The notes under the pieces: model-generated
The model's input: the letters and a program-made list of their open reading frames with translations, nothing else
Database searches by the model: none
What the model was told of the DNA's origin: nothing
Shown here: positions 1-9,800 of the stretch, piece by piece
How positions within the stretch are numbered: the stretch's first letter is position 1
How the letters are laid out: each line of letters begins with the position of its first letter
Assembly (NCBI RefSeq): GCF_018398935.1
Contig: NZ_CP074694.1
Span: 870,001 to 902,000 of the forward strand
Reading direction: 5' to 3'
Length of the DNA: 32,000 nucleotides
DNA from: Telmatocola sphagniphila
GTDB lineage: Bacteria > Planctomycetota > Planctomycetia > Gemmatales > Gemmataceae
Program-made: the position numbers and the translations under genes

Positions 1-2
1 TC

Positions 3-530
3 CGTTCTTCAGTTCGACTGGAGATAGGGGCAAGATCGGAGAACTGGCCTGCACGGGATGCCACAATCGTGCCTTATGTATCCCAGGATTTTCCCTCGAT
101 CCTCAAAGAGCCTGGATGTCGGGTTGATGTTCTGGCGGCCGAGCGAACATTCTGGGAAAAAATCACATTGCTGCACATGTGGCATCACGCTCCCGCGCGT
201 AAAAAATTCCGGGATCGACAGTCGCGACATTATTTCGACGTCGTTCGGCTTCACGAACACGAGATTGGAAAAGCGGCAATCAAGGATATTGAGCTGTTCT
301 TGAAGGTGGCTAAACACAAGGAGATCTTTTTCCCTGCTGCATGGGCGCGGTATGCGGAGGCGAGGCCGGGATCACTTTGTCTGGTGCCACCTAAAACTCG
401 TTTGCCCGAATTAGAACGAGATTATCGTCTCATGAGTGAAATGATCTTCGGCGAGAAGCCTACATTCGATGAGCTATTGGCAAAGCTGCGAGGTATCGAA
501 GCACAAATCAATGAAAAGGCGGGAGGATAG
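3..530 (+). CDS. Nucleotidyltransferase AbiEii/AbiGii toxin family protein, C-terminal part (5' end lies outside the window)
   Basis: Frame 3 is open from base 3 with no upstream stop, so the listed GTG at 69 is probably internal. The motifs ERTFWEKITLLH and RQSRHYFDVVRL match the characteristic RTFWEK...SRHYYD signature I recall for AbiEii/DUF1814 toxins. Confidence 0.65.
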   Translation, partial: RSSVRLEIGARSENWPARDATIVPYVSQDFPSILKEPGCRVDVLAAERTFWEKITLLHMWHHAPARKKFRDRQSRHYFDVVRLHEHEIGKAAIKDIELFLKVAKHKEIFFPAAWARYAEARPGSLCLVPPKTRLPELERDYRLMSEMIFGEKPTFDELLAKLRGIEAQINEKAGG

Positions 531-822
531 GCGGTTTTGCGGGCTCATGAGTTTCCAAAGCAAAATGAACGGATGGCGTCTTAATGGCTTCTAAGGTCAT
601 CAAATTCACGATTTCCACTATGTAAAATTTGATGATCTGATGACCTCTCTAGGGGTTTGCCGGACACAGAAGGTGTTTCAAGTTACAAATATCCATTCGG
701 ATTGGACCGCCTCTTACGCAAGCAACTCTCAAGCCGAAAGCGTATTTTTCGATGCCGATCTTCAAAATCTCTGTAAAATTCATCTTTTGACGAAATGACG
801 ACTAGCACAGGGTTCGCAATTC

Positions 823-3195
823 ATGCCGGAATCGATTCCAATATCCATCGCCAAGGAAACCCAAGAACGGTATCTGCGGTATGCGCTCTCGGTCATAACT
901 TCTCGCGCGTTGCCCGACGTTCGCGACGGCCTGAAACCGGTGCAACGGCGTATCCTCTACGCCATGCAGCACGAACTGCGACTGGATTTCGAGAATAAAG
1001 CCAAAAAGTGCGCTTCCATCGTCGGCGATGTGATGGGTAAATACCACCCCCACGGCGACTCGGCCATTTATGAAGCTCTGGTCCGCATGGCCCAGAACTG
1101 GATGATGCTCGTCCCCCTGGTACACGGTCAGGGGAACTTCGGCTCGATCATGGGCGACAGCCCGGGCGCCTTCCGTTATACCGAAGCCAAACTGGCGAAG
1201 GCCGCTTCCTACCTGATGCGCGAATTGCGTCAGGAAACGGTTCCCCTACGCTATACGTTCGACAACGAACATATGGAACCGGTCGTGCTGCCCGCCGAGT
1301 TTCCCAATTTGCTGGTGAATGGCTCCTCGGGTATCGCGGTCGGTATGGCCACCAATATCCCCCCCCATAACCTGGGGGAGGTCATTCGAGCGGCTATTCT
1401 GCTCATCGATCAACCCGACGCCAGCACAGCCGTGATCATGGATAAGATCAAGGGCCCCGATTTCCCCAAGGGCGGCAAGATTATCAGCGACCGCACAACG
1501 CTGCGAAAGATCTACGAGTGCGGAAACGGCAGCATCAAGGTTCAAGGGGAATGGAAGCTGGAGGGGGCGGGGACCAAGAAGCCCCAGATCGTCATAACCT
1601 CCATTCCTTACGCCGTGAACGCCGGTAAGCTGGAAGGGGATATCGGCGCGATCATCGAAGCCCGTAAACTGCCGCAGGCTCTGGGCGTCACTGATGAATC
1701 GAACGAAAAAGATGGTTTCCGAATCACCATCGATTTGAAACCGGATGCCGATCCGGCCATGGTCATGGCGTACCTATACAAGAATACGCAGCTTCAGGAT
1801 ACTTTCTCCTTCAATCTGACCTGTCTGGTGCCCAACGAATCCGGAAGCCTGATTCCGCGACAGATCACGCTGAAGGAAATGCTCCAGCACTTCCTCGATT
1901 TCCGTTTCGATACGGTCAAAAAGCGATTCGAGTACGAGCTTCGAATTCTGAAACGAAGAATTCACATCCTCGAAGGTTTCCGGATTATCTTCAATGCGCT
2001 CGACGAGGCGATCAAGATCATCCGCAACTCCACAGGTAAGAAGGATGCCGCCGAGAAACTGATCGCCCGCTTCGAATTGGATGCAGATCAGACAGAAGCG
2101 ATCCTGGAATCGCAGCTCTATAAGATCGCCACCATGGAGATCCAGAAGATTCTGGATGAACTGCGCGAGAAGAAGAAAGAAGCCAAACGGATTCAAGAAA
2201 TACTGGATTCGAAGACGAAGCTCTGGGGAGTCATCAAGGACGAAATGCGGATCCTGGAAGAAACGATGGGCGAACGCCGTCGCACTCGCATGGCCTCGGA
2301 TGAGGATGTGCTGGAGTTCGACGAAGAGGCTTACATCGTTCGCGAAAATACCAATCTGGTTCTCACCCGTGACGGCTGGATCAAGCGCGTCGGCCGGTTG
2401 GCCTCGATCGAAACCACCCGCGTTCGAGAAGGGGACGAGGTCATCGCAGTGGTTCCGGGCAGTACGCTCGATCACGCGGTTTTCTTCGCCGACGACGGCA
2501 CCGCGTATACGATGCGCATGAATGAAATCCCCGCCAGTTCCGGCTATGGCGAGCCTATCACCAAGTTCTTCAAGCTCGACGACCAGGTGAAGATCGTGGG
2601 AGCGGAAACTACCGATCCCCGATTTGTTCCGGAAGAGACTAAACCAGAATCCAAGCAGGATCCGGCCGGGCCCTATCTGCTTTCGGTCACTTCGGCCGGC
2701 TATACGTTGCGCACCCCCTTTGCTCCTTTCCGGCAGGCGTCGACCAAAGCCGGCCGACGTTATGTACGGCTGGAGGAAAAGGATAAAGTGGTGATGGCCC
2801 GAGTTCTTCGGGACGAGGAGAGCATTTTTCTGGCTTCGGCCAACGGGCATGTCATCCATTTCGAAATCAACCAGATCAATATTCTCTCGGGGGCGGGCAA
2901 AGGCGTGATGGGCATCAAGCTGGCCGATGGAGATACCTGCATCGGCGGCGCATTGGTGGGGAACCGTCACGATGCTTTGACGGTCGAAACCTCCGGTGGC
3001 ATCACGAAGGAATTCCGAAGGGGTGCTAATCCAATCGTCAGCCGGGGGGGCAAAGGTGTGGAAGTCGTGAAGCGCGCCACGCTTGTGAAAATCAATCCGC
3101 CGCCGATCGATCTCGTCGATTGGGAAGTCATCGGGGAGCCGGGGGATGTAAAATCCAAGTCGGGAAAGAATGGTCAGGGCAAACTCTTCGATTGA
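823..3195 (+). CDS. Type IIA DNA topoisomerase subunit A (GyrA/ParC family; ParC-like C-terminal domain)
   Basis: 790 aa. The N-terminus reads [33 protein letters not shown], followed by HPHGD, an active-site region AFRYTEAKL, and [23 protein letters not shown]. The canonical QRRGGKG GyrA-box is absent at the start of the CTD. Confidence 0.9.
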   Translation: MPESIPISIAKETQERYLRYALSVITSRALPDVRDGLKPVQRRILYAMQHELRLDFENKAKKCASIVGDVMGKYHPHGDSAIYEALVRMAQNWMMLVPLVHGQGNFGSIMGDSPGAFRYTEAKLAKAASYLMRELRQETVPLRYTFDNEHMEPVVLPAEFPNLLVNGSSGIAVGMATNIPPHNLGEVIRAAILLIDQPDASTAVIMDKIKGPDFPKGGKIISDRTTLRKIYECGNGSIKVQGEWKLEGAGTKKPQIVITSIPYAVNAGKLEGDIGAIIEARKLPQALGVTDESNEKDGFRITIDLKPDADPAMVMAYLYKNTQLQDTFSFNLTCLVPNESGSLIPRQITLKEMLQHFLDFRFDTVKKRFEYELRILKRRIHILEGFRIIFNALDEAIKIIRNSTGKKDAAEKLIARFELDADQTEAILESQLYKIATMEIQKILDELREKKKEAKRIQEILDSKTKLWGVIKDEMRILEETMGERRRTRMASDEDVLEFDEEAYIVRENTNLVLTRDGWIKRVGRLASIETTRVREGDEVIAVVPGSTLDHAVFFADDGTAYTMRMNEIPASSGYGEPITKFFKLDDQVKIVGAETTDPRFVPEETKPESKQDPAGPYLLSVTSAGYTLRTPFAPFRQASTKAGRRYVRLEEKDKVVMARVLRDEESIFLASANGHVIHFEINQINILSGAGKGVMGIKLADGDTCIGGALVGNRHDALTVETSGGITKEFRRGANPIVSRGGKGVEVVKRATLVKINPPPIDLVDWEVIGEPGDVKSKSGKNGQGKLFD

Positions 3196-3259
3196 CATAA
3201 GCGAGTTTTGATCCGATCTCAGGTCGAATCTTCCAGTGCAATGATGCTTTTGAGGAAAT

Positions 3260-5185
3260 ATGGCAAGCAGCAGCGTTAAATACACGGCTAAAGAGTCGAT
3301 TCAGGTTCTGGAAGGACTGGAACCCGTACGCGTCCGCCCTTCGATGTATATCGGCAGTACCGATTCCAAAGGGTTGCATCACCTGTGCTGGGAAATTATC
3401 GATAACTCGGTCGATGAATTTCTCAACGGCTACGGCGACACCATTGCCGTGACGCTGCACAAAAGCGGCGATGCGCTGACGATTACCGATAATGGTCGAG
3501 GCATTCCGGTCGATATTCACCCGAAATTCAAGAAGCCGGGTGTGGAACTCATTCTGACGACGCTCCACTCGGGCGGTAAATTCGGCGAAGGGGATGCCTA
3601 TATCCACTCCGGCGGTTTGCATGGCGTCGGCTCCTCAGTGGTGAACGCCCTCTCCAAGAAACTGGTGGCGACCATCAAAAAAGATGGCTTCGAATGGGAA
3701 CAGAAGTTTTCCAAAGGGAAGCCAACCACCAAGCTGGAAAAACTGGAACCCGTCCGCGGGCACGGCACTTCGATCTACTTCGAGCCGGATGAGACGATCT
3801 TTCGTACGGTGAAATTCGATGTGGAGGAGATCAAGAGCCGTCTCACCGATATGTCCTACATCCACAGCGGCCTGAAATTCATCTTCAAAAATGAAATCAC
3901 CAAGGAAACGCTGGAACTTTATAATCCGGGCGGCGTTCCCGATTTTCTGACGAAAATCGTGGCGGACTCGCAAAAGTCCGTCATTGCTCCGCCGCACTTG
4001 TTTCACGCCAAGCGGGACAACGGCGAGCGAATTGAAGTGGCCGTGCTCTGGACCGAATCGACTGAAGATTCGATCCGCAGTTACGCCAACGGCATTCGCA
4101 ATCCCATGGGGGGCACTCATGAGAGCGGATTCAAGAACGCCGTGACCAAGGCGATTCGCAACTATATCGAAACGCACAAAATCAGCATGGATAAGCTGGC
4201 GATTACGGCCGAGGATATCCGCGAAGGGATAGTCGGCATAGTCAGCGTCTTTTTGAAAAATCCGCAGTTCGAAGCCCAGACGAAAATCAAGCTGTTGAAC
4301 TCGGAAATGACGGCCACCGTGGAAGGGTTCATGCGGCCCGCGATGGAAAACTGGCTGAACAGCAATCAGACGATCGCTGATTCGATAGTCTTTCGCATCA
4401 AGATGGCCGCGCGAGCTCGCCTCGCTTCCCGCGAAGCTCAGGAAGTGACTCGTAAGACTGCGGGTAGCAAGCGACTGAGTCTCCCGGGAAAGCTGGCCGA
4501 CTGCAAATCGAACAATGTGGCCGAGACGGAACTGTTCATCGTCGAAGGGGACTCGGCCGGAGGTTCGGCCAAGCAGGGGCGCGACAATCGAACTCAGGCC
4601 GTGCTACCGCTGCGCGGTAAAATCCTCAACAGCGAGGGAATGAGCACGGCGAAGGTCCTCACGAACCAGGAACTCAACGATCTGGTTTCGGCGATCGGTA
4701 CCGGCGCGGGCGAAAAGCTGATGATGGATAAGCTTCGCTACGGAAAAATCATCCTCCTCATGGATGCGGATGCGGACGGCCATCATATCTCGACGCTGCT
4801 GCTGGACTTTTTCTTCAGGCACATGCCCGATTTAATTCGCAAAGGGCACATCTATATCGCTCAGCCGCCACTCTACCGCATTGATGTTGGCAAGGAGACC
4901 TTCTGGGCCAAGGACGATAATCACAAGGAAGAGATTCTTTCCAAGCTCCGGCAGAATGCGAAGCCCGAGATCAGCCGGTTCAAAGGGCTGGGGGAAATGG
5001 ATGCGAAAGTTCTGAAGTCGACCACTCTGGACCCGCGCAACCGTATTCTCCTGAAAGTGGAAATCGATAATCCGCTGCAGGCGGATCAGATGTTCGATCA
5101 ACTGATGGGTAAAGATGCGAATGCTCGTTACGAGCAAATTATGAACAATGCGATGAAAGTTTCGAGCGACGAGATTGATGTGTAA
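3260..5185 (+). CDS. Type IIA DNA topoisomerase subunit B (GyrB/ParE family)
   Basis: 641 aa. Motifs seen: LEGLEPVRVRPSMYIG, DNGRGIPV, GGLHGVG, the Toprim motif ELFIVEGDSAGGSAKQGRD, LMDADADGHHI and PLYR. The gene lies 64 nt downstream of the A subunit. Confidence 0.92.
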   Translation: MASSSVKYTAKESIQVLEGLEPVRVRPSMYIGSTDSKGLHHLCWEIIDNSVDEFLNGYGDTIAVTLHKSGDALTITDNGRGIPVDIHPKFKKPGVELILTTLHSGGKFGEGDAYIHSGGLHGVGSSVVNALSKKLVATIKKDGFEWEQKFSKGKPTTKLEKLEPVRGHGTSIYFEPDETIFRTVKFDVEEIKSRLTDMSYIHSGLKFIFKNEITKETLELYNPGGVPDFLTKIVADSQKSVIAPPHLFHAKRDNGERIEVAVLWTESTEDSIRSYANGIRNPMGGTHESGFKNAVTKAIRNYIETHKISMDKLAITAEDIREGIVGIVSVFLKNPQFEAQTKIKLLNSEMTATVEGFMRPAMENWLNSNQTIADSIVFRIKMAARARLASREAQEVTRKTAGSKRLSLPGKLADCKSNNVAETELFIVEGDSAGGSAKQGRDNRTQAVLPLRGKILNSEGMSTAKVLTNQELNDLVSAIGTGAGEKLMMDKLRYGKIILLMDADADGHHISTLLLDFFFRHMPDLIRKGHIYIAQPPLYRIDVGKETFWAKDDNHKEEILSKLRQNAKPEISRFKGLGEMDAKVLKSTTLDPRNRILLKVEIDNPLQADQMFDQLMGKDANARYEQIMNNAMKVSSDEIDV

Positions 5186-5187
5186 AC

Positions 5188-5220
5188 AAAAAGGGGAACC
5201 GTCTGAACAGTTCCCCCTTT
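5188..5220. terminator. Bidirectional intrinsic terminator between convergent genes
   Basis: The hairpin AAAAGGGGAAC-(loop)-GTTCCCCCTTT has an A-run on one side and a T-run on the other. It sits between the stop of the B subunit (5185) and the stop of the acidic protein gene (5245). Confidence 0.6.
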
Positions 5221-5244
5221 GAGAATTTATCCGTTACCTGAGGA

Positions 5245-5685
5245 TTACTCCAAAGGAACTTTCAGCATCTGCAGGTAGTAGGATTTCTTGTCGCCCGATT
5301 TCTCGGCGATGAAAGCTTCCGCCTGCTCTTTTTCCTTGTATTCGAACTTCTCCACCTGTTTGCTGGAATTGTCGAATACGGCCCAGATGGCTTTCATACG
5401 AACGATCTTGGCCGCGCGGGTGCGCTTCGGCTTAACGACGGCGACGACTTTCTTCTTGGCCTTCTTTTTCTTCTTAATTGGCTCGCCGTCTTCGTCGAGT
5501 TCCTCGGCTTCCTCGTCTCCACCGGAGTCCTCTTCGCTTTCGGACTCACCATCGCCCTCGGCTTCGGCCTCGTCCTCTTCGCCCTCTTCCTCTTCCTCTT
5601 CAGTTTCTTCGGCTTCGGTTTCTTCCGTTTCCTCTTCGGAATCGGCTCGGTAATCCATACGATTGAGCGTGCGTTTGCGGCCCAT
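5245..5685 (-). CDS. Hypothetical protein with a poly-acidic tract, a poly-lysine tract and a small C-terminal globular domain
   Basis: I use the internal ATG at 5685 (MGRKRTLNRMDY...), which has AAGGA 7-8 nt upstream. The longer ORF start at 5772 would overlap the corA 3' end. The protein has about 60 residues of almost pure E/D/G/S/T, then KKKKKAKKK, then about 60 ordinary residues. Confidence 0.6.
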   Translation of the reverse strand: MGRKRTLNRMDYRADSEEETEETEAEETEEEEEEGEEDEAEAEGDGESESEEDSGGDEEAEELDEDGEPIKKKKKAKKKVVAVVKPKRTRAAKIVRMKAIWAVFDNSSKQVEKFEYKEKEQAEAFIAEKSGDKKSYYLQMLKVPLE

Positions 5686-5753
5686 AGTTGTCCTTTTCAA
5701 TTGACGATTTACTATCTCATTAGGATACGACTGTTCCCTTTCCGGACAAGGGT

Positions 5754-6785
5754 TTATAGCCAGCGACGCCATCGGAAGAAGATCAGGGAAATGATACCGC
5801 AGCCTCCCATGGCCAGTATCGAGAGCCAGAATCCGCCGGGATGTTCCTTGCCGGGAAGGACATCGAAGTTCATTCCGTAGATGCTGGCGATAAGCGTCAT
5901 AGGCAGAATGATCGTCGAGATCATGGTCAGCACTTTCATGATCGTATTCAGTTTGTTGGACACCGCCGCCAAGTGAGTTTGCATCAGATCCGAGATCATT
6001 TCCCGAGCGCCCTCAATCATTTCCGTGTAGCGGATGAGGTGGTCGTAGACGTTGCGGTAGTAGATCACTTCCTGGGGGCTGACCAGTTCGAATTCGTTGC
6101 GGGTCAGTCGAGCCAGAACCTCCCGTTCCAGAATCATGGTCTTGCGAAGAATGACAATGAACGATTTGTGCCGAAGCAATTTACGAAGTAGTGACGGCTG
6201 CGGTTGCTCCAGAATTTCTCGTTCCAGATCGTCCAGGCTTTCCAGTATTTCGTCGATCACCGGGGCACATTCATCCACCAGATCATCCAGCAGCCAGTGA
6301 TAGAGATAATCGGGTCCGCGATTGCCGATAGCCACTTCGTGCGATAGCCGGTTTTTCAGGTGATCGACACAAGATAACTTCGTGTAGTGATGAGTGATCA
6401 AGGCATTCGAGGTCAGAACGGCGCTGAATTGCAGGTAGGCGCGGTGGCGTTCCGTCGGTTGAATTTCATCGCCGCACTGATTGAGGTATTCCCGGTTCAG
6501 AGGATTCACAATCGCGAATAGATAATCGTCCCACTCCTCGACTTTCGGCAGATGCGGCCCCACCTCGGGCTCGCGGATCGGTTTCCGAATATCTTCGAGT
6601 ACTAACGCATGCACGGGTCGGACTTTTTCAAATATCCAGGCTTCCTCTTCGGGAGTCGGAGATTCCAGATCGATCCAGTAATCCGATTTCGATAGCTGGG
6701 GATCAAGGGAAAGATTCTTCACTTGCTCGGCGTCCAGCAGGCAGCACTTTTTGGAGTCTTTATCCCAGCGGTAGACTTGCAGCAT
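5754..6785 (-). CDS. corA: CorA-family magnesium/cobalt transporter
   Basis: 343 aa. The C-terminal region has two TM segments with the signature YGMNF (IYGMNFDVLPG) between them. The start lies only 21 nt downstream of the stop of the preceding 1169-aa gene. Confidence 0.85.
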   Translation of the reverse strand: MLQVYRWDKDSKKCCLLDAEQVKNLSLDPQLSKSDYWIDLESPTPEEEAWIFEKVRPVHALVLEDIRKPIREPEVGPHLPKVEEWDDYLFAIVNPLNREYLNQCGDEIQPTERHRAYLQFSAVLTSNALITHHYTKLSCVDHLKNRLSHEVAIGNRGPDYLYHWLLDDLVDECAPVIDEILESLDDLEREILEQPQPSLLRKLLRHKSFIVILRKTMILEREVLARLTRNEFELVSPQEVIYYRNVYDHLIRYTEMIEGAREMISDLMQTHLAAVSNKLNTIMKVLTMISTIILPMTLIASIYGMNFDVLPGKEHPGGFWLSILAMGGCGIISLIFFRWRRWL

Positions 6786-6806
6786 GACGAATTCGTTACC
6801 CGATGA

Positions 6807-9800
6807 CTATTTGCCAGACCCCGGAGAGGTATTTGACGAACTGGAGAAACCTCGTTCCACCTGGGGCGTTTTCGTTTTGATGTTGTATTTGATGATGACG
6901 CCAATCAGGGTATTGGCCACATTTCCGGTTCCCTTGAATTGGATTAAACGCGCGGGATTGGATCCAGTGCCGATGAAGGTCAGCATGGTTTTCGATTCGT
7001 CATATTTCACGATTTCAGCGTTTGCATCGATATCATCGCCCAGAACGCGGACATCCCCTTCGGCATCCATGCGATGGAAGGTTTTCGTTTGCTTCAATTC
7101 GTCCAGCATTTCGACTGTCGAAATCTCGAGGGATTTTTTGCTGTCCATTTGAATCGATCCTGGCAGCATGGCTCCCTTTTCGATCTTCATCTCGTGATCT
7201 TTGGCGGGGACGTGAATCACGGTGGTCGGCCCCAGGAATTTAGCTCTCTGTTTGCCGAAAGTCTGCATCTGCTGTTCGAACTCAATCCAGGTGAGCTTCA
7301 TTTCCGGTTCGGTTTCGCCTTGCAGAGAATCCTTCTTTTTCGGTTGTTGTTGCGGCGGTTTATTCGGTCCGGAGGTACCATCGAGAAAATCGCTGCCCCC
7401 TTCTTTGAAAATTCGAATCTTTCCGGGCCCGTGGGCTTTGGTATTTCCGTAAGTCTGAGGGGGTGGGGCGTTCTTAACGGGGGCGGCAATCGGCTTACCG
7501 TTGTCCAGAACGTTTTCGTAGTCGAGCTCTTCGGCCACCAGACGTTGGTAGCTAATCAGTTTTTTATTTTCCCACTTTTCTTCGATAGCCAGCACCTGTG
7601 GGACATCATTCGGCTTGAGCGGATTCACTTCGCCCCGTTCGCACCGAACGCGATCGATTTTGGGATTCTCTTTGGGTGTGTTCGTTTTGTCGTTCGGTGT
7701 GGTGGTTCTGAAGTAAACCGGCCGGTCCAGATCGACTTGCATGATCGTGCTCAGCACCTTCGCGGATCCATCTTCCTGCTCGGCCTGTACGGCACCGATG
7801 AAACGAGCCCATTTGCCGGCGCCATCGAACTCCATGCTGTCTTTCCAGTAGATGAAAATGTTGGCATCTTTCTTGAGCTGTTCCCCTTGCATGGTGCTAC
7901 TGGTTTTCATTCGCAGGCCACCGCGTCCGATTACCTGGGCATGATTGTCGCGCTGATCGATCACGATTATTGGCCCGTTGAGCGAGAGTTCTTCTCGGTG
8001 CAACTCGGCCGGTTTGATCTGGGCCACGACATCATTTTCCGCCTTCAAGGTCAGAGTGTGAAGGTTCTCGCCGTGGTGTTGAAGCTCCAGAATGTGAGCG
8101 AGCATCAGCATGCCCCGTTCATTTTTTTTATCCGCAGGGGGGGCTTGTTCGACTTCGACGTTTCCGACGCAGATAGCTTTATCCAGTTCGTGCTTGCCAT
8201 CTTTGCGCAGCACCCAGGCATCCATGCGCTTGGCTTTGATAAAGATCGGTTCGTCTTTTTTCTCCTCGGGTTTGGGAGGAGCGTTCTTGTCGGCCGGGTT
8301 CGTGGCCGTTGTCGGACCGCTCGGCTTGCCGTTGAGTGTTGAACTCGGCGGCATCGGTTTCTGTAGATTCGGATTCGGACCAGGTCCGGGAGTAGGGATA
8401 TCTTTGATGTAAACGAAGAGTTGATCCGCATCGCGTAGGTTCATGTCGGGGGAGTTCATAAATACATGCTGATTGGCTTCCAGTCTGACGGGTCTGGGTT
8501 GCGATTTTGCAACCGTTTCGGTGCCGGTCACGGGTTTCAATGGAGTCGGCACAGTCGCGACCGGGGTCCCGTTCTGATCGTTATCTTTTAACCAGACCCG
8601 TATTTCTTCCCCCTTCAAACTTTGTTTGGCTTTGGTATCGATGAACGAGGCTTTGCCGGTAAAGCGAAGAAATTGCAGCTGTTGGTTATCTTCCACAATC
8701 CGCTCGAAATACATCCAGTCATTCCAGTTGGCATTCTGTACGTGGGAATGAGTGGTCGTATCAAATTCCCCCATACCGATCGTTCCGGGGCCACGGACGC
8801 GAGCTTCTCGAATCCCATTGCTGCCGCCGGGATTTTTCGCCGGGGCGGCTTTAGGATCTTTAGCATCGTTGACGGGAGCGTTCGATTTCAAATAGAGTTC
8901 CAAGCCGCGCATCACATTGCCTTCCTTCACGGCGTAGATGCCCTCATCTTTTGCGCCCTTGAGAATGGTCGTCCTGGTAGCGGCCTCATAGACCAAGTCG
9001 TTTCCGGAGGCGTTCAGCTTTTCGGCGTCTGAGCTAATGGCAATCGCCAATCCCCAGGCATGCGCCCGTTTAATCTGCATCTGAGTTTCATCGCTGGGCG
9101 GAGTGGTTGGAGGCGGTAATGGAGCGGCCTGAGCGGTATTCGAATTGAAATTCGCCGGGGCTGGAGGTGTGTTCTTTACCCGTTCGAATTCAAGCAACAG
9201 ATGATCGCACTTCAGGATATCTAAATTTTCCGTTTTTGCTTTGCGCGTGACCCGCACGTAGTTGGGAAGATTGGGGTTCAGACTGGGAGCGTTATGGAAC
9301 ACGCCGATATCTTTGATCATATCGTAATGAAACGATCCTTGGGTCTCGATCTGGACTATTGAAAGATCGGAATCATCGGGCTTCTTGCCGGGTGCGGTAG
9401 GGGGAGCGTTTCCTCCGGAAAGAAAATTCGATTGGGAATCGGACCAGAAATTCATGGTCACGTCAGATAAAAGATCGATGTGATCGACCCCATTGATTTT
9501 TCGATCGGTATCTTCCTTCTTTTTAACTTTCGGGTCGGGTTCCGCGTCGGATTTCAGGTACATGCGCATACCTCGAGCCAGCAGAGTAGGAACTTTCCCC
9601 CCGACTTTAAACTTACCCGTCATGGAGCGATTATTTTGCCAGTCGTACAATTCCATAATCGCATCGGTCGTGACCATCGCGGGAACATCCGCCTTATGGT
9701 TGTCGATGTAAAACATCGGTCCGACGGTCATGATTTCAATGTCGTCATCGGGAGTTTGACTTTTCCGATTGTTGCGAATGTGAATCCGACCTTTTCGCGC

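Noticed and set aside
1774-3285. 503-aa ORF on the minus strand
   Set aside because: It lies entirely antisense to the strongly supported topoisomerase A gene. The product is low-complexity (R/D/F/L-rich) with no motifs, so it is a typical shadow ORF.
5288-5653. 121-aa Ser-rich plus-strand ORF, and the Arg/Pro-rich ORF at 5478..5666
   Set aside because: These are mirror images of the GAA/GAG-rich acidic tract on the opposite strand. They have no start context and arise from the low-complexity repeat.
5686-5772. N-terminal extension of the acidic-protein ORF
   Set aside because: It would overlap the corA 3' end by 19 nt. The internal ATG at 5685 has an SD-like AAGGA upstream.
7074-8342. 422-aa ORF on the plus strand
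   Set aside because: It is antisense to the 1169-aa gene. The translated sequence is repetitive F/L/G/R junk. The sense frame is continuous for 3.5 kb with sensible composition.
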